Assembly (NCBI RefSeq): GCF_009914755.1
Contig: NC_060927.1
Reading direction: 5' to 3' (one strand)
Source: the human T2T-CHM13v2.0 reference genome, Homo sapiens
DNA length: 64,000 bases
The notes beneath the pieces were generated by a model, which had not been told where the DNA came from, searched no databases, and worked only from the letters and a program-made list of their open reading frames with translations. The first letter of the stretch is position 1; the number at the start of each line of letters is the position of its first letter. Positions 40,597 to 52,650 of the stretch are shown piece by piece. The translations under genes were made by a program, and so were the position numbers.

Positions 40597-41514
40597 CTTC
40601 CTGGGAGAGGACGATGAACTTGGTGGTCTTGAGGGTCTTTCCATTCAGCGTCCAGGTGATGGTGGCTGGGGGGGGTCAGAAGACACCTGGCACTGGAGCA
40701 GCAGCTTCTTGCCCTCTGCCACACGAACATCTTGCAGCTTCTCCTTGAAGGCTGGGGCTGTCTGTCCCCTGGCTCTCTGATCTCTTTTCATTATCTGTGG
40801 TCCCTGAATGGCCTCTCTTGCAGTTCACATCATTCTTAAGGTCTTTCTTGAGTTCTTCTTTGCTAGTGGATTTCAGGGTCTCAGCAGGCTTGGTGTTGCC
40901 CACGGGTTTCAAGGGTCCTGAAGGCTGTGCATTGCTCAGGGGCTTGGAACTTGCCACTGCCTTGGCATTCAGGGTCTCAGCACTGCTGCTACCATTCTCT
41001 GCTGGTAATTTCTTCTTGCCACCCAGCACTGAGTGAAAATCCGGGGTGGTAGGTTTTGGCAGTGGCACCTTCTCAGGCATGGGGTCTTGGAGTCCCCTTC
41101 TTGGCCAGGACAGAGCAGAAATCGACCTGCTGGGGGCTGTGCACCTTCCTCTCTTCCTCGCACACAGTCTTTGGCTTCACTTGCCACTGCAGGTTGGCAC
41201 GGAGATCCATCTGCTTGGCTGGGATCTCCTTCAGGTCATCTTCCGATAGTGTCTTGGTACTCACCTTCTTCCCCAGGAGGTCTCGGAAGTCCAGCTGCTC
41301 CATCTCTTCCTGGTGGATCGCCTCCTCAGTGTGCTGCCTCGTCTCCATGCACCTCTTCAGCACCCCTCGCATGTCCTCGCCGTCTTCCTCCTCTGGCCAA
41401 CCCTGCCCTCTTGCTGGCCAGCCAGGCATCAGGGACCCATAGCGGTCACTACCACCACCATCAGCACCAACTCCTCCACCACAGAGGCCCTCACAGCTGG
41501 CAGGCTCACTCCCC
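40597..41514 (-). pseudogene. MYLKP1: MYLK-derived large exon E (918 bp) containing the smMLCK start-codon homologue (41210); frameshifted
   Basis: Acceptor ttcactggttgcag, donor gtaaat. Lesions relative to recalled MYLK: net -2 nt near 41081-41091 (stop at 41073-41075), loss of two 12-aa repeats (72 bp), a 4-bp duplication at 40758-40765 (stop at 40676-40678), and a C-run expanded by 2 at 40668-40675. The net -68 matches 918 versus the recalled 986-bp exon. Confidence 0.95.
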
Positions 41515-41599
41515 CTGCAACCAGTGAAGGGAAAAAGGAAAGTAGCAGGAGGAAAAGGGGCTGGGTAAGAAAGAAACGTCAGGGGAGAGCAAATCCCTG

Positions 41600-41764
41600 A
41601 GGGAGGGTAGAGGGGAGCGGGAGGGGAGGGGGGAGGCTGGCCAGGCTGTGTTTATAGATGGGAACATTGGTCAGAGGTGCTCACTTGCTTAGTTGGTTTA
41701 TTACATCGGTAATGACTTCAGTAGCCTTATAGGAGTGTGTGCAAAAAAAAAAAAAAAAAAAAAA
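41600..41764 (-). promoter_or_regulatory. Copy of the internal smooth-muscle MLCK regulatory region (CArG-like, CCAAT, TATA, poly-T, pyrimidine tract)
   Basis: Minus-strand order: T22 (41743-41764), CCTATAAGG (41725-41733, one base short of CC(A/T)6GG), CCAAT (41666-41670), TATAAA (41651-41656). Lies in the short intron before the exon carrying the smMLCK ATG. Confidence 0.6.
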
Positions 41765-41943
41765 TCACCCCCTCCTTCCCCTGCTCTCCCTCCCTCATTC
41801 CCCTTCCAGGCTCTCCTGTCTGGCTTTGGCAGCCTCAGCTGCAGGGCACAAACAACTAGGGCTGCTGGGCTGGAGCTGCCAGGGCCAGGAGGAAGGTGGG
41901 GATGGGAACATGGCCTGGTGGGGCAGCTCCTGGGGGCACTCAC

Positions 41944-42015
41944 TGCAGGAGGGCTTTGGCAGGGCTGTTCTCTAGCATCAGTAACATCTGGCAACTGCAT
42001 TTGCCAACCCGGTTC
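41944..42015 (-). pseudogene. MYLKP1: MYLK-derived exon D (72 bp): NRVGKCSCQMLLMLENSPAKALL
   Basis: Acceptor ggaattcctcag, donor gtgagt. Open and in phase with exons C and E. Confidence 0.92.
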
Positions 42016-43175
42016 CTGAGGAATTCCAAAGATCAATAAAGATTAAGAGGCCCTCTGGACAAAGGGCCTGTTCAGTGTGGATTTGATTGCAGGAATTCAT
42101 CAACTTGGCTGTGACATTCACCGCAGCCTTAGATTTAGGGCAGGACCCTCTCATTCTGTGGTCACCCTTTATTTTCTCAGCTCTTATTTAAAAAGAAGAA
42201 ACAAAGAATCTCTGGACAACAGCCAAGGCAGGCATCCAGAAGTAGGAATACTTTTCTGTAAGTATATAATATAATCAATCAATCGATCAGCTAATAAAAG
42301 GGGAAGGAGAAAGGCTAACACTGCTAGGGACTGTGATGGAGCAGCTCGGTCTAGACAGATAGGCCCTGGTGGTGGGCCTGCTCAGTGACCCTGACTCTGA
42401 CTCCATGATCCCTTAACAGGGAGGTAGTTCCTTTCCCTCTCCTTCTCAGGAATGGAAGCACCCTCAACCCCCCACTCATTGATAATGCTCTCAGATCAGA
42501 AGTTTTTGTGTTAAAAACCCAACAAGTGTTTTCCTACATGAGTGGCCCTTTCTCTTCTTCCTTCAGGTGGGGAGGGCTCTGGATTCTTCCTGTCCATAAA
42601 CCTGGTCAGTCTCCTGCTGGTGCACAGAGGCTCAGGCCCTCTGCTCAGGGGAGGGGCTGTACCCTGCCTGGCTGCAGTGCAGTGGATTTGCAGCAGATTG
42701 TCCCTCCAACCCCATAAGGCTGCCACCTGCTAGCATTTCTGAGCTCTGACCAGCCAAGAAGGTTCTGCTCAGGCTAGGGGAAGGGGTGGGGGCAAGTCTG
42801 CAAGCCAGAGGTGACTAGTGATGGTTATAACAACTGCATTTCATACAGCACCCTCCAGCTTTCATGACACCCACACACAGTTCTTTCTTGATATCTACAG
42901 CATGCCAGAGAGGCATAGAGTACTGCCATGCCCAATTTAAAGATAAGGAAAGGGGGCTCTGGGGTGGGACCCTCAGGGTCTCTGACAACAGTGCTCCCAC
43001 TCATGCCCCTGGATGTGGCTGTCTCACTAGCACTCAGACCCAATAGCAGATGTGCCAAGCTCTGTGACAGATTCTTTACATGAAACATCTCATTTAATCT
43101 TAGAACAGCTCTGTGAGATTAGAGTCAGCACTGTTTTTATAAGGTAAGAAAAATGAGGCTTATAAAGGTAAAGTA

Positions 43176-43310
43176 GTCCAGGTGCAGTGGTTCACGCCTG
43201 TAATCCCAGCACTTTGGGAGGCTGAAGTGGGAGGATTGCTTGAGTTCACGAGTTTGACACCAGCCTGGGCAACATAGCAAGACCTCACCTCTATTAAAAA
43301 ATAATAATAC
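43176..43310 (+). mobile_element. FLAM-type Alu monomer within a MIR
   Basis: ccaggtgcagtggttcacgcctgtaatcccagc...agacctcacctctattaaaaaataataat, with MIR-like flanks. Confidence 0.8.
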
Positions 43311-45757
43311 TAAAGGTCAAGGTTAAGTAATTTGCCTAAACTCACAGAGCGTGCTAGTGGAGGGAGGGGTTGGGACCTGTGACGCTATGACCTTTGCACC
43401 CCACCCTACTGTGCTTATCAGTACAAATCTGGTCTGGGACATGTGTGTGTCCATGCACGTATGTAGATATCAACCATACACATGATGCACACATATACTG
43501 GTCTAGCTGGTGGGCACCTGCCCCTGGAGGTCTGTGTTTGGGAATATGTGCACATATGAGTTACACCCACCTGGACAGGCATCTGAGCATGTGTTCTTGT
43601 ACGTTCTGCTGGCGTGTGTGGGTCTCCACCTCACTCTGCCTGGCCTCCCTCCCAGTGGATGGACACTGGCAGCCCATGGCCTGGCCCAGGATTCTCAGGG
43701 GCTCTGGGGTGCTGCTCACCATTGGGTGCTGGCACCCATTTGAAGCAAGGAGAAGCCAATCATTGCTATCCTCCAGCCTCCCCTCGCCTGCTGGGCTCCC
43801 CTCTCCTGCTGAGCTCCCCTCCTTTGTCCTTCTCCCCAGTGCCCTCGTGCTGTCCCAGGCTGTGCTGGTGCAGGTGCCTTCCTGACTGCCTTAGCTCTTT
43901 CACTTCTCTCACCACCCTGGCCATGCATCCCATAGCCTGTCCCCTCCCAGCCACCCTCCTCAATGCTCAGGCTCTCAGAGGGCACAGATTCAAGGTGCAG
44001 GGAGTCTCAAGTCTGGAGAATTTTGAGTTCAGGGTGTTCCTTTGCTCAACAAACAGCAGTTAGAAACCTCATGGGTGCCAGGCCCTGGGAAGACTAAGAG
44101 GTCCTCAGCGTGCCCCGAGTTCTCAACACTCAGAAAGGCTTATGGGCTTTGGGTGAGCTTGTAGAATAACCATGTGAGGTCACCCTGCTTCTGCCAGGCT
44201 GCTGGCCAGTGTCAGGCCACTCTTTTCCTACTTTTAAGCACAGCCTTGTGGTGCCTGGATTGACATGGAGCAGGAAGATGAGATGCCCAAGGGCTGTGTT
44301 TGCCTGGCAGTCCTTTCAGCATCTCCTCAGCAGAGTTTCCTCCTGTCACCAGTAGAACACAGCCCAGATGCAAACATCAGGAGCAGACACTGCCCAGATG
44401 GCTGCTTTACCCCAGCTGAACTCCTGAGAGGCTTTGGTGGTGGCCAGCCCTGTGCACCAAGCTGGAGTAAGCCGTCTCTCCCCATGGGGGAAGCAGATGA
44501 GGGCTTCTTTCACTTTCCATGACCTGTGCTCAAGGTGGGGAGCACAGACTCAGATAAGCTTCTCAAGGGCTCCTGACCAATCTACCCCCAGGCCTTACCC
44601 TGTGGCACCCAGCAGTCTAAGGGGTCAGAGGAAGGTGGAGGACTTGGTACCAAGGCTGACCCATTAAGTGGAACATCCGGTGGTGAGGGTGATCTAGTGG
44701 TAACCATTCCTACAGCCATACACTTAAATCTCTGCTGGGCCTTAAAGACAAACCATGGGTTCATTTGCAGCCTACAAAGTTCATAGTGGCCTCCTGCCTG
44801 GGACCCACATGTCAGATCACCTAAGCTGCTGGAACAGGGTCTTGGGGCCATCTTTGACATCTGCACATACCTAGTTACAAAATCAGGGCTGGGACTGAAG
44901 ATGAGGCCCCATCCCAGGAGCTGCCACAGAGCATATGGGGCTATCATCCTATATACTGAAACTTTCACAAATAAACAGAGTCCTTTTGCCTCGGCTTACT
45001 AAGCCCTGAATAAGAGTCCCACTCTTTGATTACAAAGCCTTGGATCCTGTCCCACCCTGAATCATCGACCTCTTGGATGGTTTTATATGGAAAAATCAGT
45101 TTAAAGAACTAATTTCCTGGCAAGTATCAAGTGTTTCAAGTATTCCAGCTGGAATTTTGACCTGACTTTTTGTCATTTCCCCTTTTGGCACAGTAGACAA
45201 GAGCTAGGAAGGGAAGAGAGGCAGAAACTACCCACCCATACCTGCCTCACAACCCTAGCAGGGACAAGCAGGATCTGCCCACCCCTCTGCCCTTGTACAC
45301 CAGACCCCCGGCTCCCTCCCAGCCATCCAGTCGTTCCCCTCGAAAGGCACCCTGCTCTAGGTCTAGGTCACTGGAGGAGCGAGGTCTCTGGCAGGCCTGC
45401 CACGTACCCTCAGGAAACTCTACTGACTTGCTTCTTCTCAGGTGGGGACAAAGCCAAGGCCAGGGCAGTGGCCTCTGAAAGGAATGAAGAGGCTGGACTT
45501 TGGGGAAGAAAAAGAGGCAAAGGCTGCAGGCTGGAGGCTCTAGTGTGGTTTCCCAGGTCCTTCCAGTTCCCTGTGCACTTGGGAGAAACTCCCCATGCAG
45601 AGCCATAAGGAATGGAAGAGCATCTGATTTAAGTCAAAAGATGAGGGCTTGAACTTGGGCTCTGTTACTTGCCTTTGGGTGGCCACAAACAAGTCCATGA
45701 CCCTGAGACCTCACTGTCCCCCGTTATTAAACAATGATGAGGCTAGATAACTTCTGA

Positions 45758-46079
<322 letters not shown>

Positions 46080-47286
46080 GGGACAGTCTCAATTTTATGA
46101 CTGTCCCCAGCTGGCCCCAGATAGTCTGCCTGCCGACCTCCTGGTGCACGCCTCCTCTCTGGCCTGGCAAACTTCCCACAGCCCTTTGCTTGGCTCTGCC
46201 CCCACCCCACCCTTTCTTGCTCAGCCTACTCAATAGCTAAGCCTTATCACATTTGCCAAGACTCAGCCTTCCTTCTCCATCAAAATCCCAAAACAAGCTC
46301 ATCTCCTCTAGGATGTCTGGCTTGAGTAATGTAAGCATTATCTCAAAGTGCTACTCCTTCTATACGACAAGATCTTCAGCACATATTTTTACACATCATC
46401 AGTTTCCATTCTTTGTACTGACCTATGGGGTAAGTGTGTACCTTCTCCCCATTTTGGAGGCAGAGTGGCCTTCCTGGTAATAACTAGTTCAAGCATAAGG
46501 CAAAGGCAGTTGATGCATTCTGAGTGTACTGCTAATAATAGTAGGGTGACCAGCAGCTCACAAGCATCCCATCACTTGACCGCAACAGACATGTCATTGA
46601 GCTCAGCTGAGATTAGCCTTGCCTAAATCAGCAGAACTTTCTAGGATACCCAAAGACTCCTAAGAAATAATAAAACTGCTTAAAAAATCTAGTTATTTTT
46701 AATAGTTATTAAGTATTGGGTTGGTTTGTTACGCAGCAAAAGATAACTGATACAGGTATAAAGCACATGGTCACAAAGGACCTAAGGGGATAGGGTACAT
46801 ATTAGGTTTTGCATTAGCCTTGGCATTTAGCTCTAGAGCCTATTTGTAGCTCAGAGCTGTGAATATGATGGCTCAGTATGGGGAGATGATAAAGTACAGG
46901 CAAGAAAGCCACTTGCAAAGTGGTCATGCACCCGGGCCAGGACAGGTCTAACCATCCTCAGGATGTGGCACCACCTCCTATTTGTAGGTTAGGTGCAGAC
47001 AAATGCTCTTCTTCGATGCTTACACCAACCCCAGGACCCACAGAAGGCATTCTGTCCCCACCAATCCAGGGCTGGCATAGGATTTTAAGAGACAGAGCAT
47101 TTTCAAGGTAAAAGAGCATTTCTGAATCACATTCATCTAATAAATAGCTACCCAGTGTGGACTATGGGCTCGCCACTGTTCTAGGCCTGGCAATGTAGCA
47201 GTGTGCCTCATGGAGCTGACCTTCCTGTGCAACCTAGCAAGACCTTGAAAAGGAGAGAAGAAGGTAATGGGGAAATGTAACCTCCC

Positions 47287-47824
47287 TGTGGTAGTTTTAA
47301 AATGTCTGCAAATTCTTCTCTCCAAGAAGCGGAACTGAATTTACCTCCCCTTGAGTATGGGCTGTACTTAGTGACTCACTTCTAACAAAGTCGGACGTGA
47401 TGGCATGTGGCTTCCAACCGTAGGTCTTAAAAGACACTGCAAGCTCCGACCTGGGCTCCCTCTTTGATCACTAGCTCTGGGGAAGCCAGCTGCCATGCTA
47501 TAAAGACACTCAAGCAGCCCCACGGAGAGGTCCACAAGGCAAGGAGCTGAGTCCTCCCACCAACAGCCAGTGAGGAGCCAAGGCTTCCCACCTACAACCA
47601 GTGAGGAGCTGAGGCCTCCTGCCACAGTCACGGGAGTGAGCCTTGGAAGCGGATCCTGCAGTGTCAGTCGAGCCTTCAGAGACTGCAGCCCCTGCCGACA
47701 TCTTGACTGAAACTTCAAAATCATCCAGCTAAGCTGCTTCCAAATTCCCAGCTGGGAGACGATAAATGTTTCAAGCTGCTAAGTTTCAGGGTAATTTGTT
47801 ACACAGCAATAGGTAACAAATGCA
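47287..47824 (+). mobile_element. MLT1F-like MaLR solo LTR
   Basis: TG...CA termini, ctccccttgagtatgggctg...gtaatttgttacacagcaatag body, and a near 5-bp TSD ctccc/ttccc. Confidence 0.85.
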
Positions 47825-48147
47825 TTCCCTCTATCCCCCTGCTTTTCCAACTTTAATCCATTCCTCCTTCCTTCATACTCACCATACACCACATAATGGG
47901 GGAACAGGGATGTAACAAGACAGGATTCTGGGGAAGTGAGCTCAAAAGGGAAGGTTCTAATGAACACTTGCTATACTGAAGTGTAAGATGCAAAAGCTTG
48001 TGAGCAGCACTGAGCCCGCACTTGCTTTACCTGGAAGTCCAAGCCCCACATTGGTTTGTGCTTCTTCTGGCTGCCCAGACCCAGGTTAGGGGAGGTAGGA
48101 ATTTGGAGGGAACGGTTAAGGGAGGCTGGCCGGACATGCAGACTCAC

Positions 48148-48397
48148 TTGAGCAGGATCTCATAGTGGCCGGCATGCCAGGGCTGCACCATCTTTAGAAC
48201 CAGGGTGAACACGTCCTCATTCTGAAGCACCTCGAAGTGGCCATTGTCTTTGGAGACGGCTTTGCCATCTCGGAGCCAGTGCACGGTAGGAAAGGGGTCA
48301 CCAGCTATGGCGCAGGAGATGAGGACACTCTGGCCCAGGGAGGCTGTCACTGAGCGAGGCTTACTGATGAACCAGGGCTGGGAGCCATCGTGAGGCT
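48148..48397 (-). pseudogene. MYLKP1: MYLK-derived exon C (250 bp), Ig domain EPHDGSQPWFISKPRSVT...YEILLK
   Basis: Acceptor caacttccag, donor gtgagt, open frame (ORF 48144..48350). Confidence 0.95.
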
Positions 48398-49091
48398 CTG
48401 GAAGTTGGCAAAGGGCAGAGCTAAACAGGGAGGCCCCTCAGCAGGCAGTGTCCACTCAATTCTCCATGGAGGTGAAAGAGGGAAGATAGCATGTCACCCA
48501 AGTAACAGCTTGTCCAGAAATCACTGCGATTGGATACACAAATGCAGCACACCCTTCTCATTGCACATCCATCTCCGATATATTCTCAGAGGATAATATT
48601 AACATGACTGTATATCCAACGTAAGGGGACATAGCCCAGAAGGCACAGGGGCACCGAGCCAGGTGCTAATGATCTGTATCCAATGCGTGTGATTAAGAGT
48701 TGTCACTCACTTTATGTGTGCTTAACTTGCCTCTCCTCTTAAATATGTTATCTGATGGCAAGGACCCTGTTAAGCCCATAACTCACCTCAAAAGCTCTCG
48801 CTGCCAAATTGTTCAGTGTATTACAGATTTCCCTCTTAGTACTCTATGCACCTTGGCACCAGTAATCCAGAGAGGGCAGGGACTTCAGAAAGCTGGGAAG
48901 GACAGCCCCACTCAGTCAGAGCTTGTGATGTTGGACAGGGAGCTGGCCTCTGGGACTGGGGTGGGACTGAGGGAACAGAGGGCCTACAGTGGGAAGAAAG
49001 TAGCCTCATGTGGTTTCCTTGCCTCCAAATCACTTTTGGAGAGGCCGCAGCAGCACCTCCTTCCCACTCGCTCTGAGTGGGTCAGCCTCAC

Positions 49092-49289
49092 CTTGTACCA
49101 TCAGCATGGCCTGGGTGCGGACCTCTTCGGCGCTGTTCCAGGCCTCGCAGGTATACATGCCCGTGTCCTCCGGGAACACTTCCTGGATACAAAGACTGTG
49201 CTGAGTGCCTCTCTGTTCAAAGTGGAAGTCCTCTGACTCTTGGATCTCATTCCCATTGTGCAGCCAGATGACTTCAGGGGGTGGATTCC
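49092..49289 (-). pseudogene. MYLKP1: MYLK-derived exon B (198 bp), Ig domain GNPPPEVIWLHNG...YTCEAWNS...MVQ
   Basis: Acceptor cctggttcag, donor gtgagg. Open frame inside ORF 49030..49356. Confidence 0.95.
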
Positions 49290-50982
49290 CTGAACCAGGA
49301 GGAGGGGAAGGGGGACTGGTTAGGGAGGTCCTTCCCGCCATGCAGCAACTCTGCACTTAATACAGTGATATTGGATGAAACACTCCAACAACTCTCTATG
49401 CTTCCACTTCCCCATCCGTAAAACAGGAATTCAAACAGGATCTACCTCGTGGGTTTGTTGGGAGGATGAAATGAGTCAACCAAACCTCCCTTAGCAGCCC
49501 ATTAGGACAGCAGATTAGAACAGCATCTGGTACACAGAAAACACCCCATACATGCTCATCAGAATTATTTAACATAAGATTTGGGGAAAATACTAAAAAC
49601 CCAGAAGTGAAAATATGATTTCAGATATGAAACAGAAAACCCAGGAAGAATAGTTTTTAAAATTAGAATTCAAGCTGCTTGATAATCCTAAGTGGTGACT
49701 GGACTCCTGGGTTGAAACTGAATGTGTTTTCTGCTCTGCACTGCTTCACATGGTGCACCCACATCTAGGCAATGGTAACTTCATGGTAACTCCCTTGCAA
49801 ATTTTCAGCAGAGAGAGACCTCAGGTAGCATTTCATTTTTCTATCACACAAAATATCATCCCAGGGTAAAGATAGGTACCAGCTTGAGCAGGATTTCCAA
49901 ACATGGCTCTTGATGGATAGCATTTTCAGTTTTTACTGGTCTACTTTTCTGGGTAGTTTCTGGGGATTTTTTGGAGCATAAAACCATGGGCATCTGTGAG
50001 GCTTTCCTCTGATATAAGAGCTGAGCTGTTAGGCACTGCTTCAAAGGAGCAAGGGCCCTGGAGGAGGCTGCTGAGGCAGGCTGTGTGACACCAGGCCCTG
50101 GAGAGGTTCAGGAGAGGGCATGGCATGTCTGCCATGGGTTAGACATCAAATGCCTGGAGGCAGGTGCAGAGCACCTCCAATCTCTTTCAACTCAAGGACT
50201 CAGTGTGCAGCACGGTGAGTGTGGACAGGGGAGGGGACCCAGCCCTCTGCCTAGGACCATCAAAGGGTGGCTTCTAGCCCGCAGGAACAGGGAGTCCATC
50301 TAAGCATCCCTAAAAGGGCAAGTCCACAGGATCTCTGATGGCCCATCTGGTTTTACTTATGCAGCTCAAGAGGGACTGAAAAACTAGGAAAGCGACCTTC
50401 AGAGTGTCAGAGGCACTGATCAGTGGCCAATTACCAGTTATGCACTCAGTGGAAAACTCTGGCTCCTCAGCCATGAGCGATGTGCCAGGATCTTCTCTGG
50501 GCTTCTCTCACTCACCTCTAGCAAGGACTGTGATATCTCAGACCAGGATACTAATCACATGCTCTTGTTTCCCTGCCTCTGTTTTAGAAGAACCTCTGCT
50601 CTATCATTTCACCGCAAAATTTGAATAGAGCAACTGAGAAAACATCTTCTGAGATTTGGGAAGTTCTCACATAATGTGGTTTTGTACCAGTCTTTAAAAC
50701 CTTCCAGCTACACTGGCCACACTATAATTTCAAATTAATCTCTCACTGCTCTAGCTCTATGGCCATCTTCTTCCTCTGGACCATTTAATCGGAATCTAGA
50801 AAATCCTACCCAGAGAAAGCAGAAAAGAGAGGACAAGAATCTCCATTTCTTTGGGTCCATCACCTGATGGTCATCTGATTTTCTGGTGGATCAAGGATCT
50901 GAGCGGGTCCTCGGAGAGCAATACTCATTGCAACCAAGACCATTTTCATGTTAATCCCCGAGAGAGAGCTGCAGAGACAGAC

Positions 50983-51120
50983 CTGACACTTGGGCCATCA
51001 TAGTGACCTGGCTTCCATCCATGACTTTGAGATCAGAGAGGCCCTGCAGGAAGATGGGCGCATTGGGCTTGCTGGGAGCCACAGGCAGAAGGTACTCGCT
51101 CTTCCCGCTACTCTTCTTTT
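50983..51120 (-). pseudogene. MYLKP1: MYLK-derived exon A (138 bp): EKKSSGKSEYLLPVAPSKPNAPIFLQGLSDLKVMDGSQVTMMAQVSG
   Basis: Acceptor ttttctaccacacag, donor gtctgt, open frame. Missed by the ORF track. Confidence 0.93.
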
Positions 51121-51759
51121 CTGTGTGGTAGAAAACAGAGCGTGGGGTGAACGTTCATGCATTCATTCAACAAACACAGACTAAATGACCACTTGGTACA
51201 TGACTGTGTTGATGCTCAGGTTCCCACCAGAAACTGGCAGCTAACAGATGAAGAGTGTTTGGAGTTCCTAGAGATCATTAGGAACAAGATGCCTCCAATT
51301 TCTCTGCTTGGCAATGATGAGGTTCTTGCCTGATAGCCAGGAATGAACAATGAGTGCCTATAAGTTTGTGAGTTTTTAAAACATTTTATTTATTTTTCAA
51401 ATAAATGATACACTCACATGGCACAAAATTCAAAAGATACCAAAGAGTATGGCAAGTCTCCCTCCCACCCCATCCCCTGGCCACCAGTGATCTCTCCTCA
51501 GAGGCAACGAGTTTTCAGTTTCTTGTTCATCTTGGCAGAGATGATCTACGTGTGTAACATATGGAAGCAAACAGCATTTATTATCTTCTTAAAAAGTAAA
51601 TGAAAGCACGTTATACAAAATAATTGGCATGTTTTTAACTTAACAGTACATCTTGGTGTCTCTCATAAGGCAGAACTGAAACGCTTCTTTGTCATTTTCT
51701 ATAATTATATGGTGCTCCATTCCCATCCTAGGAAGTTTTAAGCACCTCATGAAAGCCAA

Positions 51760-52650
<891 letters not shown>

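Noticed and set aside
40676-41080. 134-aa ORF as an independent gene
   Set aside because: It is the segment between two frameshifts of exon E, started by a GTG>ATG change downstream of several stronger AUGs.
43394-44063. 163-aa and 149-aa plus-strand ORFs
   Set aside because: Low-complexity intronic sequence with non-ATG starts and no recognisable domain.
48700-49236. 178-aa plus-strand ORF
   Set aside because: Largely an antisense shadow of MYLK exon B plus intron, with a non-ATG start and no independent homology evident.
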